Source of the DNA: Candidatus Ozemobacteraceae bacterium
GTDB taxonomy: Bacteria > Muiribacteriota > Ozemobacteria > Ozemobacterales > Ozemobacteraceae
Length of the DNA: 64,000 nucleotides
Direction: 5' to 3'
Assembly: GCA_965140445.1 (NCBI GenBank)
Contig: OZ223236.1
Location: 4,448,001-4,512,000 of the forward strand
The notes below the pieces were generated by a model. It did not search any database, had not been told where the DNA came from, and was given only the letters and a program-made list of their open reading frames with translations. Below, in pieces: positions 57,272 to 64,000 of the stretch. The position numbers and the translations under genes were made by a program. The stretch's first letter is position 1, and each line of letters opens with the position of its first letter.

Positions 57272-58072
57272 TTATCTTTTTTGCTTTTGAATCACCAAAT
57301 TTTCGACCATCTTTAATTTAATTGGAGTATCTGAATAATCGACTATAGATTCAATAAACTCTCTTGGGGCAATTGTAGTTTCACCAATCCTTAGCGTTGG
57401 AGGAACCGGAGGGGTAAATACTATGCGCGCCTTAAAAGGATCTTCAGGAACAGATTGAACTATTGCACTCCCAAAAGCCTTTTCCGGAGAGTTGGTAACA
57501 AAATCAAAAACTGTGGCATCCTTAACTTGAGCTGGTCGTGAAAAGCTCAGGTTAATATAATCTCCATAATCAATAAGATTGTTACTATTAGCGTCAAAGT
57601 ATACCGCTCTTGTAATAAACAGAGTTGAAGGAAGATATCTGGCAACTATATCATCAGAAGTTCCAGACCCGGTTACACCGGAACCATCTTTCCCGTCTGG
57701 CCCAAATGAATACAACATTCCCTGTCGATAATCATGAAAATATGGTCTTTTCCATGGATCTAGAGGTGGTTCTTTTTCAAGATAAGTGCCAATAAAGGAA
57801 CCCAATTCGGTTGGAGTGAATGTGGCAACCTTAAAGCTTCTTTCCTCGCGGATATTAAAAAGACGGACGGCCTGAGCGAGTTCGTTCAGGTCGGCGGTCG
57901 CCCTGGTTATCTTGGCATCAGCGATGTATCTTCCGTATTCATCAACTGCAAAAATAAGCAGTGTGGAAATTATCAGAAGGGTAACCAGCAGGTCGATCAG
58001 AGTGAAGCCTGATCGACCCTGGTGTATTTTTTTCACTTCATGGAAGTTTTTCATCATTTCAGTGATACTCAA
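57272..58072 (-). CDS. GspG-like pilin with Asp at +5 (array member 1, probably a minor pilin)
   Basis: GRSG|FTLIDLL; DPWKRPY; YSFGPDG; YFDANSNNLIDYGD. Start codon uncertain (58072, 58057 or 58036). Confidence 0.8.
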   Translation of the reverse strand: MSITEMMKNFHEVKKIHQGRSGFTLIDLLVTLLIISTLLIFAVDEYGRYIADAKITRATADLNELAQAVRLFNIREERSFKVATFTPTELGSFIGTYLEKEPPLDPWKRPYFHDYRQGMLYSFGPDGKDGSGVTGSGTSDDIVARYLPSTLFITRAVYFDANSNNLIDYGDYINLSFSRPAQVKDATVFDFVTNSPEKAFGSAIVQSVPEDPFKARIVFTPPVPPTLRIGETTIAPREFIESIVDYSDTPIKLKMVENLVIQKQKR

Positions 58073-58074
58073 AA

Positions 58075-60003
58075 TTAGTTATTCTCAAAGCGAGATTGGA
58101 ACTCAGCCTTTTCAATAGTTAGACCAGAAGAGTCTCTATCCTCAGTTCCATCCATATAATCAAGATTAACTAATCTTGGGGTCACTAACATAATCATTTC
58201 AGAATCTTTCATAGTATAGTTGGTGTTTGAAACCAAACCTTTAAGCAACGGCACTTTGTTCAAAATAGAAGGACTTTTCTTTGTTCCAGAGTTCTGATGA
58301 TTAATCAGACCGCCAAGAACAACTGTTTCACCATTTTTTATTCGAACAAAGGTTTCAGTCTTTCTTTCTGTTTTATGAATCTGTCCATCCTCATTTACAT
58401 CCAGAACAGAATCAACCGTTGTTTTTAGTTCCATGCTGATTTCGTTATCCCTAGTTATGTGCGGTTCAACTTCAAGCCTAATGCCCACCTGCACATCTCT
58501 ATATTCCTTATATACCTGAGGAACATAACCAAGATACGTATTACTTGCATTTTCGTAACGGTAATATGGCACAGGAATAACTTCACCGATATTAATTGAG
58601 GCTTTTTTACCATGAACCGCACGAATCTTTGGAGAAGCAAGAACCTTAGCCTTCTTTTCCTGCTCAAGGAATTCTAATGTGGCAGGCAATGCATAGCTAC
58701 TAGGCAAGCGGCCTATATCAGCAACGTTTATCTGGTAATTATCGAGTTTTATTCCCATCTGACGGAGGCTTTCGCGGTTAATCTCAATAAGCTTAACCTC
58801 GATAACCGCTTGTTTCACTTTTTCATCAACATTCTCAATAATTCTCTGAATCAAATTTAGATTTTCTTCAGTGTCATAGACTGAAAGAGCGTTAATTCTT
58901 TCATTGATTGCAAAGTTGCTGGTATCAATTTTTTCTGAAAGCGATTTACTATCAGAAATCATTTTTGAAACCTCTTCAGGTTTTGCGTTAACAAGTTTAA
59001 AAGTTCTGTAATGTTTTTTTCCGAAATCCTTGGCTTTATCTTTAGCAAGGATTACAAAAGTATTATCGTTATGCGGCCTTTTTACGAGACCATTGGTTTC
59101 TATAAGCAAATCCAGGAGTTCATCAAGACTCAGATTTTCAACGTAGAAATTGACTTTTTTGTCTTCAACGCTTTCATGAATTATTAAATTCACATTCATC
59201 ATCTTAGAAAGCGTCTGCAAAGCATCTTTTAAGCTTAAATCCTTAAAGAGCAACTCCCTTGCAACCCTTCCAGAGTCCTGTCCAAGAGAAATAACCGTAA
59301 GATCTCGCCCTTTAACTGTATATTGAAAATTTCTCTGAAGAAGAAGATTTTTCAAAACCTCTCTCAGAGTCACATCTTGCGCATGAACGCTAAACTTGCC
59401 CTTAACTCCGGAATCAGCGAAGATTCTCAGATTAAATTTTACCGCAAGAGCGTTCAAAATTGTCATTAGGTCTTCTTGCTCGAAGTTAAGGCTGAGCGTC
59501 TTATCGAGTACAGTATCTGAACTGTTCTTAGTTGAAACAAAATTTTTATTATCAGGAACATTCATTCCTCCGGCAAATTGGTTATTATTTTTAGATTTAA
59601 GGGGCGCTCCACCTTCAAGAACAAGATTCTTGCCTATTCTTCTTGGGGTGTATCTGGAAGGTTCATTGAAAACGATGACTGCTCTCACGACATCTGGCTG
59701 ACGGCTAACCTGACTTACGCGAAGAAACTTGACCTGCGGATGGGGGCCTGGAATTATCTTTTGAGCTCCATTGATTTTCCAATCATAAAAATCGATTGAA
59801 ACAATTTCCGGACTTTGATAATCCACTTTAAACTCACGAACAGCATGAGACGGAAAGACAACTATTCCTGTTCTGCCATAAGTTCCCAAAGTCAACTCTG
59901 TTAGAATTTCTGCATTTAAGCTAGTGTTAGATAGAATAAGCAGGCAAAGCAAACCTAATATAAGCTTAACTTTTACTGCCCTAATTGCCGTCAGGGTTTT
60001 CAT
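58075..60003 (-). CDS. Secretin (PilQ/GspD family) with an AMIN-like N-terminus
   Basis: Signal peptide; STN/N domains; QAVIEVKLIE, KVLASPKI, A.INIGE.IP, VGIRLEVEP and NGETVVLGGLI motifs. Confidence 0.92.
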   Translation of the reverse strand: MKTLTAIRAVKVKLILGLLCLLILSNTSLNAEILTELTLGTYGRTGIVVFPSHAVREFKVDYQSPEIVSIDFYDWKINGAQKIIPGPHPQVKFLRVSQVSRQPDVVRAVIVFNEPSRYTPRRIGKNLVLEGGAPLKSKNNNQFAGGMNVPDNKNFVSTKNSSDTVLDKTLSLNFEQEDLMTILNALAVKFNLRIFADSGVKGKFSVHAQDVTLREVLKNLLLQRNFQYTVKGRDLTVISLGQDSGRVARELLFKDLSLKDALQTLSKMMNVNLIIHESVEDKKVNFYVENLSLDELLDLLIETNGLVKRPHNDNTFVILAKDKAKDFGKKHYRTFKLVNAKPEEVSKMISDSKSLSEKIDTSNFAINERINALSVYDTEENLNLIQRIIENVDEKVKQAVIEVKLIEINRESLRQMGIKLDNYQINVADIGRLPSSYALPATLEFLEQEKKAKVLASPKIRAVHGKKASINIGEVIPVPYYRYENASNTYLGYVPQVYKEYRDVQVGIRLEVEPHITRDNEISMELKTTVDSVLDVNEDGQIHKTERKTETFVRIKNGETVVLGGLINHQNSGTKKSPSILNKVPLLKGLVSNTNYTMKDSEMIMLVTPRLVNLDYMDGTEDRDSSGLTIEKAEFQSRFENN

Positions 60004-60058
60004 AAAACGCTCCTTAAAAAAGGCGATACTTTAATTTGAGAAAGAATATCCCAAATAC

Positions 60059-60085
60059 CTATCGGCAAATCTTAAGGAAAGCTTA
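60059..60085 (-). promoter_or_regulatory. Sigma28 (FliA/SigD/WhiG)-like promoter upstream of the secretin
   Basis: TAAG-N15-GCCGATAG on the minus strand. Confidence 0.6.
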
Positions 60086-60102
60086 AAGTTTTTTTTGAAT
60101 AT

Positions 60103-61254
60103 TTAACGGCCTCCGCCGCCGCCACCAGATACAACCTTTGCCATTCTAAAAATTGGAAGATACATAGCAAGCACAATCACGCCGACTATAGTTCCAAGAA
60201 CAACAATAAATGCAGGCTCAACAAGAGCTGTTAACTGATCGATTATGAAATTGATTTCATCTTCGTAAAATTCAGCAACTTTTTCCAGCATTTCATCAAG
60301 GTTACCTGATTCTTCACCAACCTCAATCATCTGAGTTGAGAGCTCCGGCATAACATTTACCCTGGCTAACGCCCTGGCAATAGGCAGCCCGCCTTCAACA
60401 TCCTTAACAACAATGTCTAGAGATTCTGCGAGAATAACATTTTCCACAGATTCATTACTAATTTTCATGGCTGAAATAATATTCACGCCAGATTGAAACA
60501 GCGTCGCAAGATTTCTTGCATACAAAGCAATCAAGTATTTTTGAATCAATCCGCCAAACATAGGTGTCTTTAGTTTTATCCAGTCAAAAACACGACGTCC
60601 ACCGGCGCTATTATTTGCCTGATACAAACCAATTCCAGTGAGAATTGCACCAGCTATCAGATTCAAAGTATTTCTACCAATAAAATTACTAATATCAATT
60701 ACAGTCTGGGTTAACCACGGAAGCTCCTGCCCAAACTGTTCAAAAAGAGCAGCAAATTGTGGAATAACAACGAGCATCAAGAATAAAACAACTGCACCAG
60801 CAACCAAACAGATTATGAATGGATAGGTTAATGCTCCATATACTTTTCTTCGAATGGTAATCTGTCTTTCGAGAAGCTTGCTGAGACGATCCAAAACCAT
60901 AAAAAGGCGACCAGATTCTTCGCCAACACGAATTAGATTGGCATAAAGCATGCCGAAAATATCTTCGTTCTTTTTGAAACAAACGTGCATGGGCATCCCG
61001 CCCTCAACTTCTTCCTTCATATCCCAGATCATCTTTTTAAAGCGCCAGGTCTTCATTTGCCTGGAAAGAGTTCCGAGAGATCTTAAAACAGAAATACCAG
61101 CACGGGTCAAAGTGGCAAAATATTTGGTAAAAAGCAAACGTTCGCCTAAAGCGACATGATTATAAAAAGGGTTTATATAAGAAAGAATCGATCGATTTTC
61201 TTCTCCTGGACCTTCTGGTCTAACATCTTCATTTCTGCCAGTATCTTCAGCCAT
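60103..61254 (-). CDS. pilC: Type IV pilus/T2SS platform protein PilC/GspF
   Basis: Two T2SSF domains: VGEESGRL, ALTYP, MIEVGEESGNLDEML.KVA.FYE and AMYLPIF motifs. ATG at 61254 after GGAGGT. Confidence 0.92.
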   Translation of the reverse strand: MAEDTGRNEDVRPEGPGEENRSILSYINPFYNHVALGERLLFTKYFATLTRAGISVLRSLGTLSRQMKTWRFKKMIWDMKEEVEGGMPMHVCFKKNEDIFGMLYANLIRVGEESGRLFMVLDRLSKLLERQITIRRKVYGALTYPFIICLVAGAVVLFLMLVVIPQFAALFEQFGQELPWLTQTVIDISNFIGRNTLNLIAGAILTGIGLYQANNSAGGRRVFDWIKLKTPMFGGLIQKYLIALYARNLATLFQSGVNIISAMKISNESVENVILAESLDIVVKDVEGGLPIARALARVNVMPELSTQMIEVGEESGNLDEMLEKVAEFYEDEINFIIDQLTALVEPAFIVVLGTIVGVIVLAMYLPIFRMAKVVSGGGGGGR

Positions 61255-61265
61255 CGTCGACCTCC

Positions 61266-61694
61266 CTACCAATCCATCAGCTTTCCGTCATAGAATATCT
61301 TAACATTTTTTATCTGACCTGTATTACTTCCGTCAAATAAATACTGAATTGTTTGAGTTTCGGTTGCTTGCGAAGCTTCTGCCGAAGTATTTACAGTAGG
61401 CACTTCGACATAAACTTTTGCATCCCCACCTAAAGGAAATATCAGTAACTCCTGAATACTTTTTTGAAGATATCTTCCGGTTAGGGATTCAAGCTCTACA
61501 GGATACCTAAAATTATCCTTAAAATTTCTGGATAGTGCTTCACGAACGATTCTAACATTGTATTTAGCGACCGCTTCTCGCGAATCCTGCAAAGAGTCCA
61601 TATAATAACTATAGCCGGCCCCTGCGAGGACGGCTATAATAGCTGTAACAACAATTAACTCGATCAGAGTAAATCCTGACCTTTTTCTATTCAT
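61266..61694 (-). CDS. Short type IV pilin/pseudopilin
   Basis: MNRKRSG|FTLIELIVV; YP..LE.L.GRYL. Confidence 0.85.
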   Translation of the reverse strand: MNRKRSGFTLIELIVVTAIIAVLAGAGYSYYMDSLQDSREAVAKYNVRIVREALSRNFKDNFRYPVELESLTGRYLQKSIQELLIFPLGGDAKVYVEVPTVNTSAEASQATETQTIQYLFDGSNTGQIKNVKIFYDGKLMDW

Positions 61695-62562
61695 TTCTCA
61701 CCATTAATATCAATTGATTTTGCGGACCTTTAAAATCCACCACCAATCGGTGATCTCTGTAACCTTTTTTGCGAAGAAAAACTTCACCGAATTCCCTTTG
61801 AATCTTTTTAATCTTGAAGCTTCCTTTAGAATTGGTGCTTATTTTCATATTGTCCAGGACAACTTCAACATCTTCAAGGGGCTTTCTAGTTATTGCATCT
61901 ATAACGTGAAATGAAACCTCTGGAGAAAGCTTTATTCTATCAAGCTTTATTTTCCCAGGTTCAGCTCTGTCTACAAAGTTTTCTAATGACCCAGAGAGAA
62001 TTTTGTAACCATCTGCAATTAAAACAATATCGCCAGCTCCAGTATGAGCGACGATCTGTCCAAGTCTATTGCTTTGATAAATATGATTATCAAGAAGCAT
62101 AGCAACTCCATTCAGGCCTCTGCCTGTTTCCCGATCAACCACTTCAAATCTCTTCTGCTGCGCGGCAGTGCGAGTATCTGTGTAACCCTGAGCCGAGGAA
62201 ACTCTTGAATCGCTCTGCATTAGAGATCTTCCTTCGATATAGCTTGTGTTTTTTGCTCTCTTTACAGCTTTTTTACTCTTGGTAATCTGAACCAGTGGAT
62301 CTCTGAGATAACCATCTTCAAGCAGCCCAGAAAGAACCTTAGCAGCCTGATGAGGCGTCATGCCAGCAACGCCAACTGAGCCAAGCAATGGAAAAGAAAT
62401 ACTTCCATCGTCTCCGACGACTCGTTCAACAGTGAGATCAGATTCGCCTTTTACCCAGACCTTAATCTCATCTCCCGCTTTGATAACTGAAGACCCCGCT
62501 GATAATGTTAAAGTAATCAGCATCCCCAGAATCAAAAAGATTGTAACTTTAGCTTTATTCAT
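61687..62562 (-). CDS. Secreted protein with a Wza-type polysaccharide-export (Poly_export) N-domain and C-terminal carboxypeptidase-regulatory-like beta domains
   Basis: IKAGDEIKVWV.GE.DL....V..DGSISFPLLG.V.VAGMT...YLRDP.V motif; two VD..T..PL..V.V...TN..G.F repeats. Confidence 0.75.
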   Translation of the reverse strand: MNKAKVTIFLILGMLITLTLSAGSSVIKAGDEIKVWVKGESDLTVERVVGDDGSISFPLLGSVGVAGMTPHQAAKVLSGLLEDGYLRDPLVQITKSKKAVKRAKNTSYIEGRSLMQSDSRVSSAQGYTDTRTAAQQKRFEVVDRETGRGLNGVAMLLDNHIYQSNRLGQIVAHTGAGDIVLIADGYKILSGSLENFVDRAEPGKIKLDRIKLSPEVSFHVIDAITRKPLEDVEVVLDNMKISTNSKGSFKIKKIQREFGEVFLRKKGYRDHRLVVDFKGPQNQLILMVRNE

Positions 62563-62594
62563 AAATTCCCATAAAATTGTTTTTGCTTCTCAGG

Positions 62595-62622
62595 CTATCG
62601 ACTTCTTGTTTAAGAAACCTTA
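62595..62622 (-). promoter_or_regulatory. Sigma28-like promoter upstream of the Wza-domain/pilin/pilC genes
   Basis: TAAG-N16-GTCGATAG on the minus strand. Confidence 0.45.
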
Positions 62623-62646
62623 GCTTTTATTATTTATTTTTTTTTA

Positions 62647-64000
62647 TTAATGTCTTTTTCTTACCGAGCTACTTGGAATATTAGATTCAGTCCTGTATTT
62701 AGCGACCGTTCTTCTCGCAATAAAAATACCTTCATCCTTGAGAATGTCAACAAGATGGCTATCAGACAGAGGTTTTTTGGGATCCTCAAGTTTAATCAGA
62801 TCTTCAATTCTCTTTTTAACCGCCAAAGTAGAGACATCTTCTCCGCCTTGTGTTCTTGCTGCACCAGAAAAGAAAAACTTAAGCTCGAGCAATCCTCGCG
62901 GAGTTTGAGCATATTTTCCACTTGTTGCACGACTCACCGTAGACTCGTGCACTCCCGCCATTCCAGCGACATCCTGCAAAGTAAGTGGTTTTAAATGTAA
63001 TATACCAAAATCAAGAAAATCCTTCTGAACTTCGCAAATAGCCTTGGTAACATTTAGAATAGTTTCTTTGCGCTTATCTATATACTTCAGGAATGACCGT
63101 GCTGATTCAAGCTTGTTTCTAATAAAATCGTATGTATCCTTCTCGGTTTTATCCTTGTGTTTGATCGCTTCCTTATAAAGATTATTTATCCGCAACCTTG
63201 GCAAATCACGCTCATTTAAACTTGCAATATATTCTTCACCTATTTTTTCAATAAAAACATCGGGTGAAACATAAATATCATCGCCAGTTGAAGGAAAGCT
63301 TGCCCCTGGTTTGGGATTAAAGCCTTTTATTATCTCAATGGCTTCCTGAACTTCTTCAGCATCCATTTCAATAGTCTTTGCTATTTGAACGATTTTATTT
63401 CCTGCTATGTCCTCCAGATGATTCTCAATGATGATAGTGACAGCATCATTAGAATATCCTTCATCGTAAGCCTGAATCAAAAGACATTCTTTTAGGTCAT
63501 AGGCACCAACCCCTATTGGGTCCATGGTTTTTAAAGCTTTAACAACTTTTTTAACGACCTTTTCTTCGATGTGCAACAAAGAAGCTATCTGTTCAGGAGT
63601 GTGCCTCAGATATCCGTTTCTATCAACAAGGCCGATCAAATACTCGCCGATTTTCTTTTCTGTGGGAGAAAGAGCAACTTCGTGTAATTGCGTGGTCAAA
63701 TGCTCGCGAAGATTATTCTTTTTGGAAACAAAGTTTTCAAAAGTAGTTTCTTCATCTTTTGAATAACTTCCAGAAGATATTTTGAATTCAGAATTCTCGC
63801 TATCTTCAATATATTTTTGCCAATCAATTCCAAAGTCATCTCGACCCTGCTCTTTAAATTCTTTTGAAGCAGGAACTGGGGCGATAACAGAACCTTCTGA
63901 AAGCTTTTCCAGAGGAAGTTCATTTTCTTTTTTGCGCTTTTCATCCAATTCAACAACAGGATTCGTTTCGAGAACTTCCAAAATCTGGTTTTTCAATTCG
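62647..64000 (-). CDS. rpoN: RNA polymerase sigma-54 factor; 5' end is outside the window
   Basis: DPIGVGA.DLKECLLIQ, LKPLTLQDVA...GVHESTVSRA and PLSD motifs, plus the RpoN box ARRTVAKYR. Confidence 0.96.
   Translation of the reverse strand, partial: ELKNQILEVLETNPVVELDEKRKKENELPLEKLSEGSVIAPVPASKEFKEQGRDDFGIDWQKYIEDSENSEFKISSGSYSKDEETTFENFVSKKNNLREHLTTQLHEVALSPTEKKIGEYLIGLVDRNGYLRHTPEQIASLLHIEEKVVKKVVKALKTMDPIGVGAYDLKECLLIQAYDEGYSNDAVTIIIENHLEDIAGNKIVQIAKTIEMDAEEVQEAIEIIKGFNPKPGASFPSTGDDIYVSPDVFIEKIGEEYIASLNERDLPRLRINNLYKEAIKHKDKTEKDTYDFIRNKLESARSFLKYIDKRKETILNVTKAICEVQKDFLDFGILHLKPLTLQDVAGMAGVHESTVSRATSGKYAQTPRGLLELKFFFSGAARTQGGEDVSTLAVKKRIEDLIKLEDPKKPLSDSHLVDILKDEGIFIARRTVAKYRTESNIPSSSVRKRH

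Noticed and set aside
51526..58072. Shufflon, DGR or pilE/pilS-type antigenic variation cassette
   Set aside because: There is no recombinase, reverse transcriptase, inverted copy or truncated silent copy, and the DNA examined is synonymously diverged rather than identical.

Overview
This is an AT-rich bacterial chromosomal window with no rRNA, tRNA, CRISPR array or recognisable mobile element. Gene content and style suggest a diderm candidate-phylum anaerobe, possibly Ca. Riflebacteria, but that is an unverified impression. From left to right: partial rarA and housekeeping/envelope genes (HD protein, O-antigen ligase, GT4, DUF885, HIT, TPR proteins, nadK, dsbD); a few accessory genes including an ANT(2'')/Lnu-like nucleotidyltransferase; a 2299-aa lipoprotein (papain-type protease, Ig-like repeats, 12 NHL repeats) downstream of a NarL-type two-component system; Nif3, GH114-like, transglutaminase and HEAT genes; an fmdB-type gene behind a CIRCE operator; and an orphan m6A methyltransferase. 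Next is a self-contained operon of four unknown membrane proteins (one DUF6754-like), a small unknown protein, a GlmL-like ASKHA ATPase with no mutase partner, a conserved unknown protein and Wzz. Then come an Opp-type binding protein and two ATPases without permeases, and an O-oligosaccharyltransferase-like TPR protein. The window ends in a type IV filament locus with eight tandem GspG-like pilins carrying variable C-terminal domains, a secretin, PilC, another pilin, a Wza-domain protein and rpoN. Six of the pilins lie between a sigma54-type promoter and a terminator, while the machinery genes have sigma28-like promoters. The best candidates for undescribed systems are the DUF6754/GlmL-like membrane operon and the multi-pilin array. 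Family names come from recognised motifs, not from database searches.
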